DNA of 64,000 nucleotides. Source: Eledone cirrhosa (lineage: Eukaryota). The notes under the pieces are model-generated. The model searched no databases and was not told the origin of the DNA. It saw only the letters and a list, made by a program, of their open reading frames with translations. Of the stretch, positions 41,241 through 54,729 are shown piece by piece. The stretch is from contig OZ024743.1 in assembly GCA_964016885.1 (NCBI GenBank), positions 283,898,001 to 283,962,000 on the forward strand, written 5' to 3'. The translations under genes were made by a program, and so were the position numbers. The stretch's first letter is position 1; the number at the start of each line of letters is the position of its first letter.

Positions 41241-42850
41241 ATATTATCTCTTAACTCTTAACATCCTGTACCACATGAAACCACATTAGCAAAACATTCT
41301 TGAAATGTACAAAATAGCAGTGGTTGCATTACATTAACAATTAAAGCCTTTAGTTTACTACAAATTTTCACAAACTGTCCATTTGTAAAGTTACTATAAA
41401 CATTTGAATTGAAGAGCCTGTTTTTAGGTATTTTCTACTAAATCAATACAGTATATTAACATATTTAACATTCCTTGTTTAGCTCAGATCTTTCTTGATG
41501 AAGCACGTCTATAATCTATGTTTATGTCATGAACATAAGACTATATTATCCAATGTGTCCTTAATTTTCTTTTACACAGTGGAATGTAAGGTGAAGAAAA
41601 TTTAGCTGCTATTTCTAGCAGGTAAATAAGCCACCCAAACTTTGGATTGTTCTTTTCAGTTTGGCTTCACTCAGGGTAGCAGTTTTTCTTATTGAATTAG
41701 CTATAGGAATATAGAACCTTTCTCTTCATCCATACGGGGTCGATAAAATAAAGTACCAGTAATGTACTGGGTAATTGCTGGCCTTGTGCCAAAAGTAGAA
41801 ACAATTATTTAGTTGTTTAAATTTTATGGGGGTTTTTTTCTCTCTAAATGTTTACCACCAATTCACAACCACAGCAATTTCTGATAAGAAATTCTCAAGA
41901 GAGCTGGAACGCAGAAGGTCTTCAGCAAAGAAATCCTTCTCAAGAGTGTTTTGGCTCTTAACGTCTTGTACTCTGAGGGGGCCAGGTCATGACTCCTGGG
42001 TGCCCTTCTGCTGACATTTAACCATTTGAATATAGAGATTTAGCAGGAACTTTTCTCCATTACCTCTGCTTTCATATACTTAAATGCAGTTTTTTAGTTT
42101 GGAAAAATAAAGTTGGTAGTCATGGTAGTGGTGAGATGCCAACAGTATCTCCAGCGCCAACGCTACAAACTATAACTCATTTAGAGTTACTTTCCTTGGC
42201 ATGCGTTAAAATACAAACACGATGCCTCTCAAGTAGTGTCTCGCAGACCTGGATTTCTGAGGTGGTATTTTGTTTTGGGTTGTCTTACTCCATAGGCATC
42301 TTTGCAGATTGAGTAAACAATGTTTCCAAATGTGGCTAGTTTGTGTTTCAGGGTGCCCTTTCCTATGAGCACATTTAATTTCTGGACTATTTATCATCTC
42401 CCATTCCTCTTTGGCACTTGCAGGTGGCAAGTTAAGCTTACAACACTTGGTATATAATAAAGGCAAAGTGGAGAGCTAACCCTTAGAAATTCATCTCAGT
42501 TTTCCGTATTCTAGTTAATCAGTTGAGATATTTCACCTGCTTTTGATAGCAGCACCAGTGTGTATATAAGGTTTGCTTAAGGAACTGCTTGAAATCAACA
42601 TTGCAAGATAACAAAACGTATATTTGTTAGTTGGTACCTATTTGCAGTTATGTGGTCTGAGCCAATGATAACTATATATCTTTGTCTTAGGTAATGTGCA
42701 GTGTTGGTGATGAATATAATCCATTTATCCTTTAAGGTGGCAATCCTGAAAGGTTCTTCTAGTGTGTTTGTGTTAGTAGTAAATTGAGTTGTGTTAGTAG
42801 TATATTGTTAGTAGTAAAATAAGTATACTATGCAAAGTATTCATCTATGC

Positions 42851-43050
42851 TACGAGGATCGGCTGAAAAGTTCATAGGCTGACCAAGATACTCTCATGGA
42901 ATGTCCAAATGAGGTTTATTTTTCATCATAGTCCCTGGACGGAAACAATGCAGTTATTAATAAGAAGAGTTGAAATTAATGCATACACGATTTCAGTTCT
43001 AACATCACACCTTCATAGCCAGCCTATGAACTTTTTAGCTGACCTTCATA
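42851..43050. mobile_element. Tc1/mariner-derived MITE
   Basis: Imperfect ~30-bp TIRs: TACGAGGATCGGCTGAAAAGTTCATAGGCTG ... CAGCCTATGAACTTTTTAGCTGACCTTCATA, with TA ends. A second copy lies at 60912-61029. Confidence 0.8.
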
Positions 43051-43193
43051 GACAGGTGTACTCTATATTGTTTTAGACTCGTGCTGTGTGTCCTTGGGAC
43101 TCAAAAATGTTTTAGCTAGCTCGTTAACTAATTAACTAATAATTGTTTTTTCATTTATAATGTTTTCTTTTTGTTTTCTTTTCAGTTTATGAA

Positions 43194-46100
43194 ATGTTGA
43201 TTGAAGAAAAAGATAGTGAAATGGAAAGCGATGACATTGATTTCTCTGCACTTCCTCCACACATGGTGCCAGGTGTACAGATATTGTCATTGGCTGAACT
43301 TATACGCTGTGTCAGTAATGGCACAGAAGAACTCCGCTATTATCTTCTCAAAGAATCCAACACTATAATCGAATGTAAAGTCTGCTTTAATCTCTTCCGC
43401 AATGTTGGTTATTTCATTGCACACAAACGTTTCTACTGCCTTGCCTGTAATCGAGACAAACCAACCAATTCTAGTACAACACCACCAACATATGAAGAGC
43501 AGTCAGTTACAGTTGCACCAGAACTTCCAGCTGAGGCTACAGATTTCAAAAAGCAATCTGTTGAACTAGTCAGAAACAATCTTCTTAAAAAACCTTCAAC
43601 TTCATTGCACTGTTATGGATCTAAAAGGGATCATAAAAGAGAGTTTTTCTGGCAGATTTATAACAAGACCAACAAGCAGAATGAATCAAATAAAGACATT
43701 TCCAGCTTTTCTTCCTTCTGTTTTGAGCCAATTAATAACACCAAAGTTGCCATGAAAGTTGTGTCTCTAGATGAGACAGAGGAGAATGGTATTAATTCTG
43801 CTGATATAAAGAGCCAAGATGAAATTGCTGAGGTCACACCAGATATTGACGATGATAAATTTGACAAAGGAACTACTTCTGAGCCTACATCTGAAAGATC
43901 ATCACCTACACCCAATGAAACAGCCAACGTAAAAGAGTTAGAATCAAACATAAAATATGAGTTGGCAGATTTTAAACATCTGAAGTGTCTGAAATGTCAG
44001 CGAATCATGTCTTCTAAAAAGTCTTTGGTGAACCACGTCATTAACTTACATGGTGACTTGAAGCGCTACTATTCTTGCCCCCTCTGTAAAGAGAAGCTCA
44101 AATTCCGTTATTTCTGGGGAGTGATTCGACATTTGTCCACAATTCATTACATGAAAAAATTGCAGATAAATAAGATCCGATCAACTTTACGAAAATCTAG
44201 TTGGGTTGAGAAGAATTCTGGAGAAATAGTCAGCGCACCAATCCTCTGTAAGAGCAAGTCTGCTGGTTTTCAAACAAACAATAAAAGTAAAAAAGCTGCT
44301 GAAGATAAAGTACGTTTGAAGAATGAAGAAATTGCATTTGCTAACGATCTTTTACAACAAAAAGTACTGCAAGGGATTCTAAGTAATTCCTCTAAGGGTC
44401 GGAAGAAATTCCGCTGTCAGAGCTGTAAAAAGGTGTTTACACAGATAAAGTCCTTGCAGACTCATTTACGTGACTGCACCGATTGGGAACATGTAACCAA
44501 ATCATCAAGCGATTTCAAACAAAATGGGCAGAGTGCAAAGAAATCTCAAGTAGCCAGCAAATCCCAGGTAGAGCCAGTACCCAGTGAAGAGTCTAAAAAG
44601 ACACAAGCAATTTCTTCTAATAAATCAACTACTATATTACTTCCAAAACCAAATGATTCAGAAAAATCTCTTGTTGAAAAAAGCAATATTAGTTCTGATG
44701 ACTCTAAAATCAAAGAAATTCTAAAGACCAATGTTAAAACTGAAATTAAACCTTGTCCATCTAGTTTGATTCCAATACAATCTGCTGGTGTAATTCCTCA
44801 GCTCCCACTTCCTGTGAAGTTACCTGCTCTGTCCAGTTGGACAAACCCTCCTTTAGGAAAACTTATCACTATTGGAAATAATACATGTTCTGTTACTAAG
44901 ACAAATAGTTCTATAATTTCTTCCCTTACAATTACACCAACAACAATTCCTTTATCTGACCAATCAAAATCTTTGACTACAGCGACTGTTCCATGTATTG
45001 TACGTCCAATTCAGACTAATACTTTATCAAGTGTTTCTGTGAAGGATCTGCCTATTTTGCTCCCCACAACAGCTCTTTCTGGATCTGCATCTCCAGCTGT
45101 TGCTTCACAAAGCTTACCAAACATTGTATGTTCAGTGGCTGCACCTAATACATTGTGTCTGATAGACAAACAATCTCAAAAACCCAACCCTGTGATAATG
45201 TCTTCAGTGAATAAAATAAACTCAAGTGACACTAGCCAAATTGTGAATGATAATATTGTCCCAAATATATTAGCATCTGTTGATAAAAAGGGACAAATTT
45301 CCTTGACCACTATATTGTTCCCCGCTAAATCTCAACTTCCTCTCACTCAACTTTCAAATGTTAGTGTTGTGAAACGAAGCAGTACACTAATCACTGGACA
45401 GTCTAACACCATAGTTTCAAACGAAAATAAATCTTTGAACCATTTTGTTGAAAACAAAAGTTCCAACATTTTATCTAATGGCCATGCCAGCAGTTATTCC
45501 AATGACACTATTATACAAGGCACAGAAATACAACCTCTGATACAGGAACATAAGATTGGTGGGTCCAAAACAACTGTCACTGAGGGGAAAGACCTTGGGG
45601 ATTTTGCTGCTGCTGAAGATGGAAAACCAACAAATGACATAGAGAACCTTCCTAACATTACTAAATCAATCAATATTGGTGTTAATCCTTCAGTAGTTTG
45701 TCCAAGTAATGTTTCTTGCCAAACTGCTAACTCTACTTATGATGACATTCAACTTGTAATGCAAGAAAGCACTGTTAAATGTTCAGCTTTTCCTGATAGT
45801 ACTGCTGTGTCTGACACTTCTCAAGATTTAACTAGTTTAACAAACAACTATTTGGCAAGTTCTCAGCATTTCTCAAAAAGAAAGTCAAGTGTGCCTAGGC
45901 GCCAAATTCAAAAAGGTGGTTTGAAATCTAATTCTGCTGGCATTCGAGATACAAAAACTGTTCTCCATTCTCTTATTGATAGGGACTCTCTCACATGTAT
46001 TCAGTGTAATCGGGTGTTTAGTAAAATGTCACATGTACGCAGGCACGCAATCAGACATCTAGGATGGAAGCGGTACAAATGTAAATTTTGTTCTTTCTCT

Positions 46101-46308
46101 AACTATGAAAGATCTGAATGCAAAACTCATATTAAACGGCGTCATCTAGGCAAAATTGCTGGCTTAACAATCAAACTGTTGGATTTCTATATTGTTGATT
46201 TGAATAATAATGATAACCAAATTACAAATTGTGATAGTAAACTGTTTTCAAAGAGGAAAGAACTAGGAACTTTAAAATTGGGGTCACCTTTCGCGGCGGC
46301 TCTCAAAA

Positions 46309-46341
<33 letters not shown>

Positions 46342-47288
46342 ACTTAGAAGAGTATACCACAATAGATTCAGATGAGCATGTGGCAAGTGTACCAGACTTT
46401 ATTGATCAAGAAACAGGTGACTTGGACTCCACTGATAATGACACGAGCGTTTCGAATTCTACAGATCATGTTGTTAGTGTCTCAGAAGAAGAGACCAGTT
46501 CTACAAATATCAAGACAGGTGAGAACCAAGACAGTGAAAAGATTCTTGCTTTGATTGACACTAAATCATTAAAGTGTCTGGAATGTAACCGAGAATTCCT
46601 GAAGCGTTCACACCTACGCCGGCATATTGTCCGCCATCTAGGATTAAAGCGGTACAAGTGTAAGCAGTGTGAATTTAAAAGTTATGATCGTTCGGAATGC
46701 AGATCGCACATCGAGCGTTGTCATTTGGGTAAAGTACAAGGCATTACTGTTAACTCAATCAATTGTTCTATAGTAATGCTCGGCCAATCTGAAGAAAATG
46801 ATCAAGAAAACCAGGCTGAAAACTTTGATGAAAAGGAAACTGAAACAAAGCAAGAAACAGAAGTAAATGAAGATATTGATTCCAGTAGTAATAGTAGTAA
46901 TTCTATGAGCACTACTACTACAACCTCTACTACTGTTACTATGTCAACATCTTTTAATTCTTTATTCACAACCAGTGAAAGTCCCAAAATAAAAGTAAAT
47001 AAAAAAACATTGAATACTACTGCCGGACAAAAAGGAAAGTCACCTTCTAAACAAGCTGGCAGTGAGAAACGGAAAAAATCTCTTGGACAAGTCACCTCAA
47101 GTAAACGTCAAATGTCTCCAAAAAAGGCAAAAAAGGTCTCCCCAACTAATCCTTTAGTGACTGCTGCAAAAACCTTGCTTGCTGATGACTTATCAGTGTT
47201 AAACACAAGAAAAGGTTTCTATGTTAAACCTAACTTACTTCAGCTTGCTAAAAGTGGTAAAAAAATTCCTAAAAATAAAAGCAATTAA
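43194..47288 (+). CDS. ZNF800: ZNF800-like C2H2 zinc-finger protein, 1364 aa, single coding exon
   Basis: Uninterrupted 4.1-kb ORF starting 8 nt after a strong acceptor (polypyrimidine-TTTCAG, 43185). The N-terminal LIRCVSNGTEELRYYLLKESNTIIECKVCFNLFRN..FIAHKRFYC matches the conserved ZNF800 N-terminal block as I recall it. Eight C2H2/C2HC fingers, S/T/P-rich linker, poly-Asp, basic C-terminus. Confidence 0.85.
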
Positions 47289-50200
47289 GCACCTGAAGAA
47301 ATAATTTGGCAGTTTTTAATTTAAAAGAGAAAAAAAAATCCCTAACCTTGGAAATTTGTAATTATTATGATTGCCAATATTGTGGAGTGGCAAATATGGT
47401 AGGGGCCAGGCTAAAAAACCTTGCAGTATTTAGTTAACACTTGTTTATGTTCTAAATTCAAATCTTCTAAAGTGGATAAAATAAGTTCAGAAATGTACTG
47501 AGATTGAATATATTGACAATACTATTCACTAAAAATGTATAGCCTTGTGCTTTATTATTATAGATATTGAAGATTTGATCTTTAGAATCATTCCTACTAT
47601 ACTACTGGCAATGATACCTGTTATTTCCTTCCATGCTCTCTAGGTTAAAACACAAAAAAATATTTTTGTCAGTATATGACAAACATTACAAATGAGGAAT
47701 ATTGACCTTTTCAACCAACCATATTTTTTGTATATTTGGATAAAAATCATTTCAACTATTCTGTTGTGTAAAGTAAATGTAAAGAGTAGTTTCTCTTAAA
47801 ATCAGTAGGTGTGTCTGAAAGTTATATAGTTTGAACCTTTATTTAGCCATTTTGGCCACCTATTCTTTCAGTTTTATTCAAAGACTTTATATTGTAAAAT
47901 AATGAGATTTCTTTTCTGACATTTTATGTGTAATGACATTGACTTCACCATATTGACTTCTATGTAGTCTGGTCTTATTTAATAATCATATTTTAACATC
48001 AACCACATTGACTTTGCCAAACCTGACTTGTTACTGGGTCAAATAATATGGACAATATATTTTGGGATTGATGTTTGAAGTTTTATTTAACCAAGATAAT
48101 ATATTCTTTTTTTTTTTAATGACTATGTGTATCTATGTCAACAGGGGTGGTGATGAATATGCATGCCTGTGTGTATGTCTATATATATATATATATGTTT
48201 GTAGATTTTTCAAAATTGTCTTTCCATTTTATTTTATTTTACTGAATGAAAACTTGACCATAGTTCTCCAGAGAACTGTATGATAGCTAGAATATCCTTC
48301 TGTCTTTTTCTTAAAACTCACTCATACTATCTCTTTAATCTTTAAAAGCTGTAATGTTCCTTTCCAGATTTGGATATCAGCAATAATTTGTACTGTCTAA
48401 CAAAGAGATATATGATTAATTTTATAAAGTCTGAGACAGTGGGCTATGCCCCAAGCCCTTTTTAGATATTATACTGAAATAAGTGATAATGCTTATCTCT
48501 AAACCATATTCAATTCTAAATTGTTGGGACACTGTTCTATGCTATTTTAATATAATTTAGAGCAAGTTAAACTGGCTCTTTTATAGATTATATCCTTTTT
48601 CTAATAAATTAATAATGATTTAAAAATCGAAGATAAAAAGAGTAGATTCTGTCACTAGATACTTCACATTTTATCCAGAAACAAACATCTGTTTGACCTC
48701 CCCCGGTGTTGTGTGGCCACAACCCACATACAACTTTATTCTTTTATGTACTGTTTCTATGGAAAAAAGAAACTTATTTAAATTGTTTCCATTCAATTTA
48801 CAATATAAATCAACAAATTTGAATATTAGAAATATCTTAACAGATCTTTTTCACCCCTATTTCTTATAGGTTTTAGACATTTCCTGTAAAAATAATAAAA
48901 ACATAAATGATTTTAGAACTTTTTTGAAAAGGAAAACAATTCATTGTTTGTATAGAGTAAAAAATTGTTGCTTTTTAATGGTTTTTATCTTTTAAGGTAA
49001 AAAATATAAATGTTCCTTACAGTCCCCAGTGACTATTAAGGCCGCTTAGCTTTAGTTTTGTTGTTGTTTTTTTTTAGCTCCAGGTCAACTCTGATCCAAC
49101 AGTCATATGATCAAAAGCATTCTTATCTTGACCATCCCATCATTTTTTTATTTTTATTTGCAGTGTATCTAGGATTACATTAACCAATGTTCTCTTTTTC
49201 AAAATAGCAAAATATGATATAAGGAGTTTGGCTGTTGTTTTCTGTCAGATCAAGTAATTATGTAGGGCTTCCAGAGTGTTAAGCTGATGAGAAAGAGATA
49301 AATTTTCTGAGTAGGATGCTAGACAACATTCTCAAAAAAGCTGGTATGTATTCTTGACACAGCTGGGTGCATGAAGATATATACTTGCAATTTGCTTAGA
49401 CCATTGAAAGACTTGAATGAATTTAAACTCAATTCTGTGAGTTCATATGGACAGTGCATTATTCTTTCAGCAATTTTGTCTTCTGTGAAATGTTATTTAT
49501 TTTCCTTTAATTAGTCTAATTATGAAGGACTGTACTTTTAGTCAACCTCCGGTTATTCTTTTGACAGGAAGATAGAGATAATTGTTTTATGCATTTTTGT
49601 GTAAAGATTTGAATATAATAAATTATCAGAAAACATGTTAGTCGCAGAAAAAAAAAGAGCACTGGATTTTAATGCTTTACAGCATTTAGTTTCATCCCTT
49701 TTCATTTTATATTGATAATATTAGTACCTGTAATATTATGGAACCTTTTCTACAAATTTATGGCTTTGTCAATGTCAAGACTAATGTTATAAACTATCAA
49801 ATCATTTGGCAATTTACAGCTAATTCAATAGTCACACTGTTGTTCTCCATCTTTTTAACTTATTGGCTTCTAGATAATTAGGCAGAAAGTCCTAGGTTTG
49901 CACAGTGCCAGCAATAGCATATGAACATAAAACTCTTTAGACAAAATTCATTTGCCTATTTCAACTTCTTGTTATACTCTTATGCTAGCAGGTATTAAAT
50001 CCAACTGAATGGTTTAATTCAAATCCCACCGAGGCCAACTTTGCCTTTCATCTTTTCAAGATCAATAAAATACAGTACCAATCAAGTACTGTGGTCAATT
50101 TCATCAACTTTCAACTGCCCCAAATTGCTGTTCTTGTGCCTAAATAAAAGATTATTTAGGGTGGGTGGGGGTTTGGCAGAATCATTAAAGTGTCAGACAA

Positions 50201-53200
50201 ATACTTTTTATGTTCTGAGTTCAAATCCCAACAAGGTTAACTTCACTGTTCATCCTTCTTGGGTTGATAAAATTAAATACCAGTCAAGTACTAGGATTGA
50301 TATAAGTGACTTTCCCCTCTCTCTAAAGGTTGCTGGCCTTGTGCCTAAATTAGAAACCATTAATTTAAATTATTTATTTCTTCCTTAATTTTAAGTTTCT
50401 AAAGAACTGATTATTTCATAGAATATTTAGTTAAACATTTAATTTAAATAGCTATATTTTGTATGATGTAAATTTGTATCACTGTGTGGTTATTCCAAAT
50501 TATGATATTGCCAATATAAATGAAATTTAAACATATTGAAGGTTACACTATTTGTTTTCACTAAATTAAGATACTTGACAAAAGTTTAATCATTTGGTTG
50601 TTCTATAGGTAATGTTTTTAAATCAAAATTTGAAAGAAAAAATAAAAATAAAACAATTCAACTGATATTTTAAGAAATCTAATTTATATTTTCTATCTTA
50701 TTTCTACATGTGCCAATGATTAAAAACTTTTTTATGTCACATAGGTGGTTTGAGTAAAAAAAATGTACAGAGCCTGGTTTTTAGAACATTTAAAGAAACA
50801 CAAATTTCACAAACTCCCTGAATAGACATTAATCTGAAGGAGTGAAATAAAAAAAATATGTAACCAATTTTTTCTAGAAGTAATTCAAGCAGTCTGACAA
50901 GATGGTATAATTAATTCCTGACTTAACTAAAAGCAGATCTCTTACATTGTGTGTGAGAGAGATAACCTATGGATTCATTGGGGCAGTATTGTCTTCATAT
51001 AGTGTAACAAAGGTGAGGAGGGGATTTGAACTTAACACTACCAGCCAACAAAACACTTGGCTGTACAATGTTTATGCTGCTTACAGCAGGTAACTACAAC
51101 CCTCAGTAAACTCTAGTAGCATGAATCATTATGGACATTGTGGGAACTGATTACAATACAATGCATTAATTTAATTGATCCAGCTGTCATCCTCATCATT
51201 TAAAATCTATTTTCCATGCTTGCATGGTTTAGATGGATTGTCATGTGCTAAGGCTTGACTGGTCAGGTGACTATGCCTTATATATTCCGCTTTTGGCTTG
51301 GTTCCTATGACTTGATACTCTTCTTAATGCCAATCACTTTACAGCATGTACTAGGAGCATTTTATTGTGACTCCAGCAGTACCACCTTACAGGGCAGACT
51401 GGGAGCTTTTTGTCTTGGTTCCAGCACTACCACTTTACAGAGTGGACTGGGTGCTTTTTGTCATGACACCAGCATTATCACTTAACAGTGTTGGACGAGT
51501 GCATTTTGTTGTAGCACCTATGTCTTGTAATATTTCAAAGTGTTTTGTACCAACATTATTTCATCAAAAACTAAGCAGGAGTGAACTTCATTTATTTTAT
51601 ATTATGTACTTAACATTTTGGTAGAGTACTGAATTTTCATTATAGGTCACAAATCATTATCACAGAGCTTGAAGTTTGCAAGACAACGATTATCAGGCAA
51701 ATATTTATTTATTCTTTCAGATTATCAATTATAAAAACAAATTGTGAAACTTTTGTAATTTAAACAATGATTTGTTGCATATGTTGATGGATGCTGGCAA
51801 GATATATATTGAATATATGGGCTAGTTGTTTGGCATTCACAGAACAATCATTGTGTGTATCAACATGGTGTCTAGAATCCACTCCATTTTTCAAAGTTAT
51901 AATATATATTAACATTTTTTCTCACATACTCTAAAATTGTTTCATGTTATTTCAGTTGCACTTTTCTTTATTTGATCTTGTAAGACATATATTTGATGTG
52001 TCTATTTGATAACACAGTATTAATGAGGGAGTTCATATAAAGCAAAGTTGATGTTTTAACTGACTTTAATATTTGTAAAGTATACAGCAAAGTATGAGGG
52101 TTTTTTTTTTAAAATAGATATACTAAATAGAAAACTTAAGCTTGTATAGAGGTAAGCATATTTAACGTCTCTAGCTTTAAAAAATGAAATTTTTTGTGGG
52201 AAGACTTGTTTATATGAATTCAATTGCTCATTTCAACTGTTATTGACTTAAAGCTGTAGATATGTTCTATCCTATTCTCAATAAAATTTTTGATTGTAAA
52301 AATATTGATGCAATCTAATAAAGCTTGAATGATAAATTATTTTAATAAAAATTCTAAAGAAAATCTTTTTGGTTAAATACAATACAATTTTGACTTCTCA
52401 CATTGGAACAAACTACATTTTCTGGGAGGTGGGTTCTATCAATTAAATCTCTGTCTGATACTTATTTTATCAATCTCAGCAAGATCTCAACTATTTCTGC
52501 CACACACTCACTGCACCATTTTATGACCATTTTTCTAAGCCTACATCAGTTAGAGGAATACTCTCTTTCCTTTGACATCTCCTCTTTGAGGTTCAGCATC
52601 CTAAGATCTATTTTCACCACTTTTGCCTAAGTCTTCCTTGGCCTGCCTCAACCACATCTTTCCACTTGGAATTTCTAACATTCTTCAACTAACAATCATC
52701 ACCTATGCATATTACATCTCCATATTTCCATACCAGCATGATCTTCACACTTGCCCACTACATCTGATTCCTCTTTTATCCAATTTTTCTCTCAACTCAT
52801 TTGTGCTTTATGCTCATTTCATTATGCACCCAACAGAGTATGCTTGATTCATTTCCTTCCAACTTTAACATTCTCTGCATTCAATGTCTATGTCTTATTA
52901 CCATACAACATTACACTTCATATATAGATAATTAGGTCATTTGCATCACAGAACTCTTTGAGCCATATACATAGCTACCATATTCTCTAAAGTTACCAGT
53001 CATATCCTGTTGCTCTTTAGGAAATCCCAATTGTGCATAGGCAGAGATGACAGTTATTGCATTAGTCAAAGCATACCCTTTATCCAATCCTCATCTAACA
53101 GTATGCCTGCTTCATGGTTGTTGCTTCCCCCCCCCCCCCCCCAATCTGTACTTGTGAGGTTACTGCGATGGTATAGACATGTAATGTGAATGGAAGATGG

Positions 53201-54032
53201 CAGCTGCATAAAGAAATGCTAAGAAATCCCAGTGGCTGGGACTCATGAAAGAGACATCACAGGATGAATTGAGATGAGATAATGAAGACCAACCTCACAT
53301 GACAATGACCATGAGGGCTGACACTATTCTGTGCTGGTGAAGACCCGTCATCTAGCATAAAATATGATCTGACCCATTCTAGTGTCTCTCCCCTCCACAA
53401 GCATTCTCTAGTAGCTATCCTCACCACCACTGCATACTCCCTCGACAACCTGTCCTTAGGTACCCTCACTATCACACCCCTAACTGCCATGTCCTCCCCA
53501 TTACCACTCCTTAACTATTCTCTCATAAATCTGAACACAGTGCCCCCCCACTTACACTATTGATGCCATCCATACCTCTACCACTATCACTACCCCGCCC
53601 CTCTTTCTCTCCTACTCATTACTCTGTCAAATCCCATCACACTTGCCATACATCCATAACATCATACTTCTCCACCCCATCCCCTTCAGAACAGAAAGGG
53701 ATCTTCAGTTGGGACAATATAACCAACAACCTCTAGCATTGGTGCCACGAAAATCCACCCAGGACACCTTGTAAGGTGGTTGGCAGTAGGAAGATGCCTC
53801 ACTGTAGAAACTATGCCATAAAGGCCCTTCAGTTGTGTCAATAGTGCGACAACCTCTCTAACATTGGTAATCTACATGATAAATGTATCCAGTACATGCT
53901 GTGATAGGAAGTGCATCTAGCCATAGAAAGCTTGCCAAACAAAGACATGACAAATTCTCTAGTGCTGGTATCATAATAAAATGCACTTGGTATATGCATG
54001 GTATAGAAAATGATGTGAAGTTTGAAGGCCAC

Positions 54033-54288
54033 AACAATGCAAAATGGACGAACAAGATGTGTTACCTTATTTATTTATCTGTCCTGATATTTCGAGATTA
54101 AATCTCTTTTTCTGAGGTTTAAAACAAAGAACAGGTCTGAAATTAGTAGCACATTTACTGATTTTGGGGCTGTTCCTTGTTATAAACTGCCGAAAAAGAG
54201 ATTTCATCTCGAAATATCAGGACAGTCAAATAAATAAGGTAACACACAACATCTTTTGTCTTATTTTCTTCATCCATTTCACATTGTT
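54033..54288. repeat. ~255-bp imperfect palindrome (loop ~7 nt near 54150)
   Basis: GTTACCTTATTTATTT..CTGTCCTGATATTTCGAGAT..AATCTCTTTTTC is mirrored at 54192-54244; pairing extends inward and outward with mismatches. Confidence 0.85.
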
Positions 54289-54729
54289 TACTATATATAT
54301 ATAATTATTAGCAAAGTACCTCAAAAATAATGGGGTTTATAGGAAAAAATAAATAATTCCTTGTTTACATTATTATGTGTAAAGATGTTTGAATCCTTAA
54401 GTTATTGGAAGTAGATGAATCTTTATGTGCCCTACATCATCTGGCATGGTCATAAAATGTTTATCAAGTAGCATGTATACCTGATGTAACTATTGAGGGT
54501 CCATTAATTCACCTGAATCCTCTGGCACAGTCACAGATTAAGTGAGCGTGCCAATGGTGTACATTAACTGACAGGACTCAAAAGCCAGTAAAGTGATTTG
54601 CATCCCACAACATAGCTGCAAAGGGTTCATTAATTGATTTACATCACCTTGTGTGGCATGATAAGATTCATTAAATGACCAACATACCCTCATGAAGTGG
54701 CTGTGGAGGGATCCTTTTGCTATCAGAAA

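Noticed and set aside
47289-52360. End of the ZNF 3'UTR
   Set aside because: Many AATAAA hexamers in AT-rich sequence; the real site cannot be chosen without transcript data.
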